Positions 28,690 through 38,973 are shown, numbered from the stretch's first letter. The stretch is 64,000 nt of DNA from Candidatus Kapaibacterium sp. (GCA_963665665.1 OY762428.1:1733200-1797199), one strand, 5' to 3'. Made by a program: numbers and translations. The notes: generated by a model not told the origin, from the letters alone.

Positions 28690-29364
28690 GTGAAAGAAGA
28701 AATTACTCAATATTACAATGATTTGGCAAAAGACTATGATAATAATAGATTTAGTAATACTTATGGGCAATATATTCATAAGCAAGAGGACGAAATATTA
28801 ATTAGGTATTTGGGCAAGAAAAATACTGAGTTCAATTTAGATATTGCATGTGGAACAGGGAGATTCTTGAAATACACAGATTATGGCATTGATATCAGTA
28901 AGGAAATGGTGAAAATATCAAGGAAGAAATTTCCTAAAAAGAGAATCTCAATTGAAGATGCAGAATCTTTATCATTTGAAGATTCATTTTTTGACAATGT
29001 TATCTCGTTTCATTTATTCATGCATCTAAATATTGTTTCATTCAAAACAATACTTATTGAAGTTTATAGAATCTTAAAAACTGGAGGATATTTTATTTTT
29101 GATATACCTTCAGAAAAGAGAAGAAAACTTTCAGGATACCACAGTTCCAATTGGCACGGAGGCAATCAAATGAGTGTTAAATCAATAAGAAGCCTAATCG
29201 ATCCAGAATGGGAATTGGTTTCTTTTCACGGTATAGCATTTTTTCCTATTCATCGTATACCTAATAAACTCAGAAAAAGAATTGTAATTTTGGATAGTTT
29301 TATGAGTAATTCATTCCTAAAAGAATATAGTTCACATTTAATTTTTATTCTCAAGAAAAAATGA
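28690..29364 (+). CDS. Class I SAM-dependent methyltransferase (Methyltransf_11-like)
   Basis: GTG start. Motif I is LDIACGTGRFL. Confidence 0.6.
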   Translation: MKEEITQYYNDLAKDYDNNRFSNTYGQYIHKQEDEILIRYLGKKNTEFNLDIACGTGRFLKYTDYGIDISKEMVKISRKKFPKKRISIEDAESLSFEDSFFDNVISFHLFMHLNIVSFKTILIEVYRILKTGGYFIFDIPSEKRRKLSGYHSSNWHGGNQMSVKSIRSLIDPEWELVSFHGIAFFPIHRIPNKLRKRIVILDSFMSNSFLKEYSSHLIFILKKK

Positions 29365-30068
29365 TAAACAGGATTATTCCATACTTCATAAAAGTTAGGC
29401 TTCAATTAATTAAAAGAAGAATATATGACATAATTATGGGGTATCATTATAACTATGCGAAAAAATTGAATTACAAAAACAATTTACCAAAAACTTTAAC
29501 AATTAAACAGGAATTAAAACCAAATAAATCAAAAATGAAAAATCTGGAAATAGCAATAAAAAGTATTGAATCTGTCCAAATAAATCCAAATGAAATATTT
29601 TCTTTTTGGCATATTTTAGGTAGACCATCACAAAAGAAAGGGTTTGTAAAAAGTCGTTCTTTGGTTAATGGTAAACTGGACAATTCTTTTGGTGGTGGTT
29701 TGTGCCAATTATCAGGTTTAATATATTTTATTAGTTTATTTGCCAACCTTGAAATACTAGAAAGACATAATCATTCCATGGATATTTATACTGATGAAAC
29801 TCGTTTTACTCCATTGGGTTCTGATGCTACTGTTGCTTATGGTTACAAAGATTTAAAGATAAGAAACACATTAACTAGTCCAATAAGATTTGAATTTTCT
29901 ATAGAGGAAAATAACATAATAATTTACCTTAGGCACGAATGTTTAATAGAAAAAAATAAAGTTGAGTTTATAATAAATGAGATTGATAGTACTGTTATTG
30001 AAGTTGATACAAAAATCAATAATGTACTCATAAATAAATCGAAATATCAAAGACTTCAGTTAAGCTAG
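29361..30068 (+). CDS. VanW-family protein
   Basis: GGGLCQLSGLIYFISLFANLEILERHNHS matches the VanW core (GGGxCQxS...ERHNHS). The start overlaps the upstream stop (ATGA). Confidence 0.65.
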   Translation: MINRIIPYFIKVRLQLIKRRIYDIIMGYHYNYAKKLNYKNNLPKTLTIKQELKPNKSKMKNLEIAIKSIESVQINPNEIFSFWHILGRPSQKKGFVKSRSLVNGKLDNSFGGGLCQLSGLIYFISLFANLEILERHNHSMDIYTDETRFTPLGSDATVAYGYKDLKIRNTLTSPIRFEFSIEENNIIIYLRHECLIEKNKVEFIINEIDSTVIEVDTKINNVLINKSKYQRLQLS

Positions 30069-30233
30069 ATAATATGCATCCTAAAAAGCTGAAACAGTCT
30101 TAATTTATTGCAGTTAAACCTATTAATACAACAGCAATTCGCTTTGCAAGCACAGGTTTATTAAAAATTAGCCGTTATTTAAGCTCTGTATTTCCCTATC
30201 CAAATCATTCCACATGACTTTACTGTTAACCAT

Positions 30234-30251
30234 ATATTTTGTATATTCAGG
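30234..30251 (+). promoter_or_regulatory. Conserved island motif (copy 3)
   Basis: atattttgtatattcagg lies 34 bp upstream of 30285. Confidence 0.4.
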
Positions 30252-30284
30252 TATTGATAATCCTGCTGAAGGAGGAAGATTTTA

Positions 30285-31313
30285 ATGAACACAGCTATGC
30301 AAAAATTCGAGAATGATTTTTATAATAAAGTTGCCGATTTATTGAAAGAAGCGCGGCAGAACGTTGTTCAAACAGTCAATAAAACTATGGTTCGCGCTTA
30401 TTATGAAATTGGGCGAATGATTGTTGAAGAGGAACAAAACGGAAAAGAACGCGCAGAATATGGCAAATCTCTATTGAAGGGACTATCCCAAAAATTGATA
30501 TCTGAGTTTGGAAGGGGGTTCTCGGTTACAAATCTCCAACAAATGAAGAATTTTTATGCTATTTATGGAAAACAACAGACACTGTCTGTTAAATCTGAAC
30601 ATAAAGATATGAGTTTTCGGCTAAGCTGGTCTCATTATTTGTTTTTAATGCGAATAGACAGTATTGAAGAAAGAAAGTTCTATGAGATTGAAGCAATAGA
30701 TAACAATTGGAGTTTGCGCGAGCTTCGCAGGCAATTCGATGCCTCGCTATACGAAAGGCTTGCATTAAGTCGGAACAAAAATGGAATAAAAGAACTTTCT
30801 GAAAAAGGACAGGTAATCGAAAATGCAAGGGATAGTTTGAAAGATCCATATATTCTTGAATTTATCGGTCTGCCGGAAACGAACAAATATTCCGAAAGTG
30901 AATTGGAACAAAAGTTAATCGATAAATTGGAACATTTTCTCCTTGAATTGGGAAAGGGCTTCACATTTGTTGGCAGGCAGGTTAGATTTACATTTGATGA
31001 GGAACATTTCAGGGCAGATTTGGTTTTTTACAATCGACTTTTGCAATGTTTTGTTGTTATTGATTTGAAAATCGGAAAATTAACACATCAGGATTTGGGT
31101 CAGATGCAGATGTATGTTAATTATTACGACAGATTTGTAAAACTTGATTCGGAAAATAAAACTATAGGGATAATTTTATGTAAAGACAAGAAAGATACGC
31201 TTGTGGAAATAACTTTGCCGGAAAATAATGACCAGATATTTGCGAGCAAGTATCAGACAGTATTACCCAGTAAAAAAGAATTAAAGAAATTGATTGAGAA
31301 TAAAGAAGATTAG
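30285..31313 (+). CDS. DUF1016/YhcG-family PD-(D/E)XK nuclease
   Basis: The N-terminus (YYEIGRMIVEEEQNG...EFGRGFSVTNLQQMKNFY) is typical of YhcG. PD-(D/E)XK-like motif ADLVFY...VVIDLKIGK. Confidence 0.7.
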   Translation: MNTAMQKFENDFYNKVADLLKEARQNVVQTVNKTMVRAYYEIGRMIVEEEQNGKERAEYGKSLLKGLSQKLISEFGRGFSVTNLQQMKNFYAIYGKQQTLSVKSEHKDMSFRLSWSHYLFLMRIDSIEERKFYEIEAIDNNWSLRELRRQFDASLYERLALSRNKNGIKELSEKGQVIENARDSLKDPYILEFIGLPETNKYSESELEQKLIDKLEHFLLELGKGFTFVGRQVRFTFDEEHFRADLVFYNRLLQCFVVIDLKIGKLTHQDLGQMQMYVNYYDRFVKLDSENKTIGIILCKDKKDTLVEITLPENNDQIFASKYQTVLPSKKELKKLIENKED

Positions 31314-31326
31314 CAAAACTTAAATT

Positions 31327-31341
31327 TTTTGAATATTCAGG
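31327..31341 (+). promoter_or_regulatory. Conserved island motif (copy 4, variant TTTTGAATATTCAGG)
   Basis: Located 107 bp upstream of 31448. Confidence 0.35.
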
Positions 31342-31447
31342 AGTTAGATGTAGTAATTATTGAGTTTATGTATGGAATATTTAATCGATTATGTTTAATT
31401 GAAAGACTTATGATTGAAATTTCTCAAATTCTAAAGGCCGGATACCA

Positions 31448-31744
31448 ATGGGTAAGACAAAATTAAAAGTTAATGAGTTAGAAATTGTTCTTTATAAACT
31501 AAATGAGGAAGAATATATCTCATTGACTGATATGGCAAAATTCCGCGACTCTGACAGAACAAATTATATCATTCAGAACTGGATGAGAACCAGAAACACA
31601 ATAGAATTTCTGGGACTTTGGGAACATCTGCATAATACTAATTTTAAAAGCATCGAATTCGATGCTTTTAGAAATGAATCAGGTGCAAACAGTTTTTCTC
31701 TTACTCCAAAGAAATGGATTGATGCTACAAAAAAGGCCTGGTAA
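31448..31744 (+). pseudogene. KilA-N domain protein, truncated/degraded
   Basis: ISLTDMAKF...NWMRTRNTIEFLGLWEHLHNTNFKSIEFDAF...GANSF matches the KilA-N N-terminal half. Full-length homologues are about 250 aa. A frame-shifted remnant of the C-terminal part (MHKEGMKFYLPANGVWLTEF) lies at about 31840-31940. Confidence 0.45.
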
Positions 31745-31978
31745 AATAGAGCCTAAGCAACGGCAAGATAATTTTTTAAATTTTTGGGTATGTAATAATA
31801 AGGCTGCAATCCGTTTCAATTCTCAGGCTTAATGCACAAAGAAGGAATGAAATTTTACCTACCCGCAAACGGAGTCTGGCTGACTGAATTTGTAGCACAT
31901 AGATTTATTGCAGAAGAGTAGAATTTAGTTTTATTATCAAATAATTATTTGTTTCAAAATTTATAAAGGGTTGTTTCA

Positions 31979-32428
31979 ATGAAAAGATTGATTTATTCAG
32001 CATTTGTGATTGGCGTATTTGTAATGTTTGGCTCGTCGGTAATAGCAAAGAATGCAATGAATATCGATGAATTTACCAAGGAAATCAGCAAGGCTGTTCC
32101 AAAGGAGTTCAAGTTTGATGAAAAAGGAACGGATAAAGGTAACCTGTACGTGGTTTATAAGAAAAGTCCGCAGGAAGTAATGACGGTGAATTGGCAAAAA
32201 GAATATGATATTGAGTTCCCGGACCAGGAAACAACAACTGTTAAAGGCCATAAAACAATTTTTTATTATATGGGATTCAAAAAAAGCGCGGGGATTGTTG
32301 TATTTTTAAAAAATAACGCAGGATATCTTGTGGTTGGATTCAACAAACCCTATATGGGCGAAGAGATAGTGAAAAAGGAAGAGCTTATTGACATCGTAAA
32401 GAAATTGGATTTAAGCAGGTTTGAGTAA
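31979..32428 (+). CDS. Secreted hypothetical protein
   Basis: 149-aa ORF with a signal peptide. Confidence 0.4.
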   Translation: MKRLIYSAFVIGVFVMFGSSVIAKNAMNIDEFTKEISKAVPKEFKFDEKGTDKGNLYVVYKKSPQEVMTVNWQKEYDIEFPDQETTTVKGHKTIFYYMGFKKSAGIVVFLKNNAGYLVVGFNKPYMGEEIVKKEELIDIVKKLDLSRFE

Positions 32429-32920
32429 AAAAGAAGAAGACATGCGCTTCAGAGCAAATACTTTGGAGCGCATGTTTTGTTTGAAAACCGATTCCAATAT
32501 TTCGAGTATTTATGATTTGTTTAGATAATTTGTGTTTTTATGGTGCTGTAAAATAAGTAGAAGAACAAAAAACAAAAAATGCAAATAACAACTAATCTAT
32601 GTTTATTGCATTTCGACTATTGAGTGCGCCCGCTTGTAGTCTCAAATTAACTATATGCCTCCGGCAGACTTTGAAAATTTGCGGCTTTAACCTCCAAAGG
32701 TTTGGTAAAATAGCTCCGTAGGAGCGACACAAAAAGCGATATGCCGCAGCTACGGGGCTTATACATGTGATTGGGTAATAAATTCTACAAAAATGACGCA
32801 GCTACGCTGCTTGAGAATTGTTGAATTTTATTGAAATATAAGGTTTGGATACCCTTTTTCACTGCAAAGAATCGGCATCGGCTGGCATTATCTGCGTGAT
32901 TTGATGCAGATGAAAATTAT

Positions 32921-33193
32921 TTGTATATTATTACGTATAGGAAAGTAACAAAGAAAAGGCATATTATCATGGAAACAATTTCAATTTCAAAGGAAGAATA
33001 TTTGTCTCTTAAAAAAGAGAATGAATTGCTTAAAGACCAGGAGCTTTTGAACAAAATGAATATTCTTATTGATATATTGTTCGAGAAAAAATATGGCCTT
33101 TATCTTGGCGATGACACCAGGGATTTAACTGAAGCTTTATTAGATAACCTGCCTGAGTGGAAAACCGACAGCGAGGCATGGGATGGAGTTTAA
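32921..33193 (+). CDS. Putative antitoxin of a MazF/PemK toxin-antitoxin pair
   Basis: Small ORF overlapping the toxin gene by 11 nt. The likely start is the internal Met (METISISKEEY). Confidence 0.5.
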   Translation: MYIITYRKVTKKRHIIMETISISKEEYLSLKKENELLKDQELLNKMNILIDILFEKKYGLYLGDDTRDLTEALLDNLPEWKTDSEAWDGV

Positions 33194-33536
33194 GCAGAGA
33201 GATGTAGTATTAGTTCCATTCCCGTATTCCGACCTCACTTCTGTCAAAAGAAGGCCGGTTCTAATTATTTCTAATGATTCCTATAACAATAAAAGGGAAG
33301 ATGTTATTGTATGTATCCTTACAAGTAATACCTTTATTGATGAATATTCTATCCCGATATCAAATGATTCTCTGGAATACGGGCTTTTGCCGGAACCATC
33401 GGTAATCAAAGCCGCAAAGTTGTTTACAATTCATAAGGCAATGATATTGAAGAAATTTAGCGTGGTTAACAAGGAAACTTTTAAAGAGGTGGTTTCGAGA
33501 TTGTCAAAAATATTCAAAAACAATGGCAAAAAATAA
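33183..33536 (+). CDS. MazF/PemK-family toxin (mRNA interferase)
   Basis: RDVVLVPFPYSDLTSVKRRPVLIISNDSYN...VIVCILTSN matches the PemK/MazF signature. Confidence 0.7.
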   Translation: MEFKQRDVVLVPFPYSDLTSVKRRPVLIISNDSYNNKREDVIVCILTSNTFIDEYSIPISNDSLEYGLLPEPSVIKAAKLFTIHKAMILKKFSVVNKETFKEVVSRLSKIFKNNGKK

Positions 33537-33754
33537 TCTTATCAGTTCTTTGAAATTACGCATCCATCCCAGGGAAGATTTTGCATTCAGCTCCGTAGGA
33601 GCGATATTTTTGTAGAAAACATAAATCCCAAACGCATTCCCCAAGCTCCGTAGGAGCGACACAAAAACGACATATCCCAGCTACGCTGCTGATGTATTAT
33701 TAAATTTTTGGAATTTTTGATATTAACTCCGAAAGGTTTTGGCAGGTGGATTTT

Positions 33755-36700
33755 TTACTCTACTATCAGCCTTTGGGAATAAATATCTGTTCCGGTTTTT
33801 AATAATAGCATGTAAATTCCCGACGGGAAATCAGTTAAGTTCAGGATGTAATCCCCGTTGGTTTCTATATCGATATTTTTTATACAGTTGCCAAGTAGGT
33901 CATAAATACCGAGAATGGTATTATTTATATTTGTTGAATTTATGGATATAGTCGCCCGGGCGTTTGCCGGATTCGGCGAAATAGTTAGCGGAGGAGCCGA
34001 AAACACTACTCCCCTTAAATCCGGGGCGCAGTATTCTTCTATCGTAAGCGAACCGGGCTGACGTGTTACTGTTGCTGTTGGAAAAAAGTTTACCGCATCG
34101 ATATTAACAACATTATTCATGGTGTTAAAAAGTAATAATTTACCCGATATTTTCGCAAGTATGGTATTCTCATTGCTCAGTTTGCCCTGCGATCCACTGA
34201 ATCTGATGATTCTATCGTAACCTTCTATACTATTCGAAAGTTCGTCGGCGCCCGATATAGTTAAAGGCAAAAACATAGATGCATCGTAGCTTATTGTACA
34301 TTCGTAGTTAATATCTGTTATAACAGTATTTTCATTTTTTGTCCTGGCATATACGGGAATTTCAAAATTGTCAGTTCCGGGCTTTCCTTTCAAATCCGGA
34401 ATACTGACGATAATTTCGTTATTTACAGCCTTTCCCGTGCCGCTTATCTCCGCGGAATATTTTCTTTCGCAAGGCGAGCTTACGTAAATATACACGCTGT
34501 CGGTATATTCCTGCTCCAGATCGGGCGAAAAAACAATATCAAAATCCAGCCCTGCGCCTGAAGCTATCGCTCCGGGTTCATTCCCTTCAAGCGTAAATAC
34601 ATTTCCTGATAATCCTTTCAGGCTGATCGATCCCACTACGATTTCAGTATCTCCGGTATTTGTGATATTGACTGTTTTTCTGTCGCTTAGGCCGATATCA
34701 GCGGAGGGGAAATTATAATCGCTCAGGCCTTCAACTGAAATAAGCGTTTTCTTTGTAGTAAATTCTGTGCGGCCTTTGCAGCCGCTTGAATTTGTAACTT
34801 CCACCCAGAAATTGCCTGAATCGTCCATTAATATCGAAGGCGTGGTTTCGCCTGTGCTCCAGAGATAATCTTCATATACTTTTTCTAATTTTATTTCTAT
34901 CTGGCCTCCTTCGCAGAAAGGAATATTACCCGTAACTTCAGGTTGCGGTTTGGGCGATTCTGTAATCCGAAAAATATCAGAAGTCCCGTCGCATCCGGAA
35001 GCGCCGCTTACTCTGACGCTGTAATCTCCGGCTTTGTCAACAATAATTTCTCTGACTGTCTCTCCTGTTGACCAAAGATATGTGTCATATTCCTGTTCTG
35101 TTTTCAGCGTTATACCCGGCCCGTCTTCGCAAATAATATCAGAGCCGATTATTTTCGGATGCAGGCTGTCGGCTATTTCAACATAAAGAGTATCCGAAGC
35201 CGCGCAGCCTGTAACAGGGTTGGTTTTAGTTGCTATCAGTTCGCCAAGGCCTTTCTGTGGCCAGTCTGTTGCAACATTGTCTTTATCGCTGTCCGAAGTT
35301 ATATTGCCGAAATTACAAGTCCATTCCACTAAACAATTATCGCTATTATCGATAGTATAAATATTACCTTCGCTTACGCAAACTTCCCGAGGGCCGCTGA
35401 TTTTAATTTCCGGAAGGGGAAGGAAATTAATCTCTACTTCATCGGATACGCCTTCGCAGCCCTGCGAGGAAATTACAGAAACGTAATATATGCCGGATTT
35501 ATTTACTTTTATCGCAGCCGAGGTTTCGCCTGTGCTCCATTTATAACTATCGTAATTTCCATTTACTTTCAGTTCAATTTCTTCGCCTTCGCATTTATCA
35601 TTGTCGCCGATAATTAGTATTTCAGGTTCGGGAGCAGGATAAACCGCCAGGCTGACGCTATATTCGTCGCTGCATCCTTGATTATTAGTGATTTCTACCG
35701 TGTATTTGCCGGATTCCTTTGCATAAATTTCTTTTGTTTTTTCCCCGGTTGACCAAAGGTATGAATTATCCGGATCATCCGGAATACTGTAGGCAGTAAG
35801 TTTCAGGCTGTCTCCTTCGCAAAAAGCATTATCTCCGCCATTATCAATTTTAGCCGTAGGCTGCTTTCCAACAATAACATATACGGAATCCCCGACGGTA
35901 AAATTATCATTTGTTGCATTAACGTGGTACCAACCGGAGAAAGAAGTAATACAATTTTTTCTGACAGGCGACGCTTTTTCCGATTCAAAATAATCCGGGC
36001 CGGTCCATGAATAGCGCATATCTCCTATAGGCCGCGATAATTGCCCGGACAAAAGCAAGTCCTCGCCTTCGCAGATTTTAATTGTATCTCCGGCATCTAT
36101 TGAAACATGATAATCGCTGTTTAAAAACCTTGGATAAGAATAATTACCAACTTTTGTCGAACCAATATTTATTGTGTCAAGTTTGCATTCTGAAATATCA
36201 AAATTCGGTTTATCTATACATCCCAGATAATAAGGTTTAACATAACCATTTTCTGTTAGAACCTGACCTGTTGATAAATGAAAATATAACTGTCCGTCAG
36301 GTCCCATTAAATTATAATGAAACTCCAAATATTTAGAAAATTCCGGCGGAATCATAATTACTTCAGTATCTCCCAACGATAGTTCATCCGGGGTCACATT
36401 CATATCTATTTGTGTAATACAATTATTATTAATAAAAAACCATAGTTTGTTTCCGTCCGGAGAAAAATCCAACAGTTCTACCGCATCATGTATTTTATAT
36501 TCCTTCTTCAGTTCCATCTCTGCCGTTTCGGGATTTAAATCATAAATCGCTATTTTTGCTATTTTCTTATCCATATCTTCTCCCAATAAGGTCGCATATT
36601 TGTTTCCGTCAAGAGAAACAATATCATTATTAATTATCCAATATCCCCAATGTTTAGGGGATGCAAATTCTCCATTAATTGAATGCGAATAGCTTATCGA

Positions 36701-37285
36701 ATTTTTTGTTACATTGTAAATACAAAGAGAGTCATAACTATATGAAGAAGATTGGTTGGAATCATATCTAATAAGGCAGAAAAGCCAATAATTATCACTA
36801 TCAGGTCTATTAACAGGAGTCAATTTTAATAGCAGTGCATTTTCCTCCAATATCTTTATTTCTTTAATATCGCCAAGTCCTCCATCAAGGTCTATATCAA
36901 TAACAGCACAGGCAAATTTATGATGATTATTTTCATCCTGTTCATAGAAGAGATAATATTCATTATCACTTCCGGGTTTTTTGTGCGCAAAACAAGCGTT
37001 ATAATCTGTACTTGGATATAAAATGTTACTATTTGGCATTATTTCAAATTTTTTGTTATAAACATAATTCCCATCAAAATAAAATAGTATTTTTCCTTCA
37101 GAATCTGAAATGATTGCATGCCTTCTGCTACCATAGGAATTAATCATTATAGGCTTTGGATTTACACCATTGGGATTAAATGTAATGCCAATATTTTCTG
37201 CAATACTCCAATTATAGGTTTCTTTTTGTGCAAAAGAAGCGGACAGGCTGAATAAAATCAGAAAGGCAGTAATACAATATTTCAT
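33755..37285 (-). CDS. Large secreted protein with tandem Ig-like repeats (Y-x-W-S-T-G-E-T motif x4) and T9SS C-terminal sorting domain
   Basis: 1176-aa ORF with a signal peptide. The module C-E-G...Y(K/L)WSTGET...SG.Y.V....GC recurs four times. The C-terminus is SGIYMLLLKTGTDIYSQRLIVE. Confidence 0.6.
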   Translation of the reverse strand: MKYCITAFLILFSLSASFAQKETYNWSIAENIGITFNPNGVNPKPIMINSYGSRRHAIISDSEGKILFYFDGNYVYNKKFEIMPNSNILYPSTDYNACFAHKKPGSDNEYYLFYEQDENNHHKFACAVIDIDLDGGLGDIKEIKILEENALLLKLTPVNRPDSDNYWLFCLIRYDSNQSSSYSYDSLCIYNVTKNSISYSHSINGEFASPKHWGYWIINNDIVSLDGNKYATLLGEDMDKKIAKIAIYDLNPETAEMELKKEYKIHDAVELLDFSPDGNKLWFFINNNCITQIDMNVTPDELSLGDTEVIMIPPEFSKYLEFHYNLMGPDGQLYFHLSTGQVLTENGYVKPYYLGCIDKPNFDISECKLDTINIGSTKVGNYSYPRFLNSDYHVSIDAGDTIKICEGEDLLLSGQLSRPIGDMRYSWTGPDYFESEKASPVRKNCITSFSGWYHVNATNDNFTVGDSVYVIVGKQPTAKIDNGGDNAFCEGDSLKLTAYSIPDDPDNSYLWSTGEKTKEIYAKESGKYTVEITNNQGCSDEYSVSLAVYPAPEPEILIIGDNDKCEGEEIELKVNGNYDSYKWSTGETSAAIKVNKSGIYYVSVISSQGCEGVSDEVEINFLPLPEIKISGPREVCVSEGNIYTIDNSDNCLVEWTCNFGNITSDSDKDNVATDWPQKGLGELIATKTNPVTGCAASDTLYVEIADSLHPKIIGSDIICEDGPGITLKTEQEYDTYLWSTGETVREIIVDKAGDYSVRVSGASGCDGTSDIFRITESPKPQPEVTGNIPFCEGGQIEIKLEKVYEDYLWSTGETTPSILMDDSGNFWVEVTNSSGCKGRTEFTTKKTLISVEGLSDYNFPSADIGLSDRKTVNITNTGDTEIVVGSISLKGLSGNVFTLEGNEPGAIASGAGLDFDIVFSPDLEQEYTDSVYIYVSSPCERKYSAEISGTGKAVNNEIIVSIPDLKGKPGTDNFEIPVYARTKNENTVITDINYECTISYDASMFLPLTISGADELSNSIEGYDRIIRFSGSQGKLSNENTILAKISGKLLLFNTMNNVVNIDAVNFFPTATVTRQPGSLTIEEYCAPDLRGVVFSAPPLTISPNPANARATISINSTNINNTILGIYDLLGNCIKNIDIETNGDYILNLTDFPSGIYMLLLKTGTDIYSQRLIVE

Positions 37286-37374
37286 AACATATCCTCATTT
37301 ATAAATTCTCCTTACCTCAATGACACTAAAAAGTGAAAAAGGTCTCAGGGAATTGAAAAATTAACAGGATATGA

Positions 37375-37905
37375 TCAATCTATATCTATCTTTTTTCTCA
37401 GGCGGAAAAGCATTGTGAATATGGCTATCACAGTGGTATATGAGGATATGGCGATGCCGTATTTCATAACGAATGCCAGGTAGTCAATCTCGCTTGGTTT
37501 TATGTAGAAGAAGAAGTAAACGATATTATGGAAAAATGAGGCAAGGAAAACAATGTACAGGAAACGGTAGCGGCCTATTTTGTGCTCAAGGCTGCCCTCG
37601 CGGCAGAAAAGCCCGGCAATATAAACTGCAACCGTTTTGGCAAGAGCGTTGGTGCCAATCACGTCGGCGGATATGATATCAAACATTATACCCACCAGGA
37701 AACCGGCAAAAAGCCCCTTCAGGCGCCCCTCGGCAAGAGTAAACCATACGCAGAATATCAGCAGCAGGTCCGGTGTGATGTTCTGCACGGAAATGAAACG
37801 CAGGAATACGATATGCAAAATAACAAGGAATAACGCTGTTATGGCGTATTTAATATATTTTATTATTGCATCTCTTGTGCCTTTTGGCGTATCGAATTTT
37901 ACCAT
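37375..37905 (-). CDS. mreD: Rod shape-determining protein MreD
   Basis: Polytopic membrane protein immediately downstream of mreC. Confidence 0.65.
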   Translation of the reverse strand: MVKFDTPKGTRDAIIKYIKYAITALFLVILHIVFLRFISVQNITPDLLLIFCVWFTLAEGRLKGLFAGFLVGIMFDIISADVIGTNALAKTVAVYIAGLFCREGSLEHKIGRYRFLYIVFLASFFHNIVYFFFYIKPSEIDYLAFVMKYGIAISSYTTVIAIFTMLFRLRKKIDID

Positions 37906-37909
37906 GCCG

Positions 37910-38764
37910 CTATCTCCTGCCCGTTCTTGCTTTTAATCTTTGTTCCATCTCTTCTATCAGCTGCTGCCGCTCGGGGTCGGGCGTGTGCAATATCACAAAA
38001 ACTTCTTCAATTGTATTGAAATCAACAAATGGCTTTACTTTTATTTTCAGAAACAGTGAGGATTTATCTTCTTCAATCAAAATAATCTGCCCGATGGGAA
38101 TGCCTTCAGGAAATTTATTACTGAAATTCGAGGTCATAACAATGTCGCCTGTCTGAACGTCGAATGATCCCGGGATGTTTTTCAGCAGGAAGTTATTGCC
38201 TCCTTCCCATGCCAGTATGCCGTTAATATCAGTTCTCTGGATTTTAGCCGAGATTTTAATATTCCGGTTGGCGATAAGCTCCACTAAGGAATAATTTTCA
38301 CTTACGCCTACCACCACTCCGCAAAGCCCCGCATCGGACCTTACGGTCATCCCGCGCCTGACACTGTCCGCGGCACCCGAGGCAAGTGTGAAATACTGAC
38401 GCATTTCCACGGTAGTTTTGCCGACAATTTCCGATGTGATATATGGTCTTTCCTGCGCCTCTTCAAGCTCCATCAGCTTACGCAGCTCCTTGTTTTCTAT
38501 CAGGGCATGGCGCATCCTTGTAACTTCGGATGATAACTTAAGGTTGAGTTCCCTAAGCGCTTTGTTTTCGCTTTCCAAAGCTCCCGGGTTGGGAACCCAT
38601 GAAAAAAGCTCCTGCAGCCAGCCTGTAGCGCCGATAACCACGGTGCGGAAACCGCCTATCTGAGATACATTGCCCATGGAAATAAGAGACAAACTAATGA
38701 TAATCAACGCTGCAAACGTTATCATTTCCTTGAATCTGACTATCAGCTCAATTAGTCTCTGCAT
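37910..38764 (-). CDS. mreC: Rod shape-determining protein MreC
   Basis: N-terminal TM segment followed by a coiled coil (ENKALRELNLKLSSEVTRMRHALIENKELRKLMELEE). Located downstream of mreB. Confidence 0.75.
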   Translation of the reverse strand: MQRLIELIVRFKEMITFAALIIISLSLISMGNVSQIGGFRTVVIGATGWLQELFSWVPNPGALESENKALRELNLKLSSEVTRMRHALIENKELRKLMELEEAQERPYITSEIVGKTTVEMRQYFTLASGAADSVRRGMTVRSDAGLCGVVVGVSENYSLVELIANRNIKISAKIQRTDINGILAWEGGNNFLLKNIPGSFDVQTGDIVMTSNFSNKFPEGIPIGQIILIEEDKSSLFLKIKVKPFVDFNTIEEVFVILHTPDPERQQLIEEMEQRLKARTGRR

Positions 38765-38844
38765 AGGGTAAGTTTAAATAAATAATATAATTTGTAATTA
38801 TGTTTCACTGAAGAATTTTTCAATTTTCAACTTTATCAATGTTT

Positions 38845-38973
38845 GTAATTCCCCGACAGGTCACCGATAAATCGGTGCAGGCAGGGGCAGGCTTCAGGAG
38901 CGAAGCGACTGAAGAATCCATTTCCTACTTTCTTTATCAGAAGAATAAACTCTTCGCTCGGCTCAGAGTGACA
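38845..38973. repeat. MITE/REP-like palindromic element inside the mreB-mreC intergenic spacer
   Basis: gtaattccccgacaggtcaccgataaatcggtgcaggcaggggcaggcttcaggagcgaagcgactgaagaatcca...ctcttcgctcggctcagagtgaca belongs to the same family as 4293 and 49677. Confidence 0.55.
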
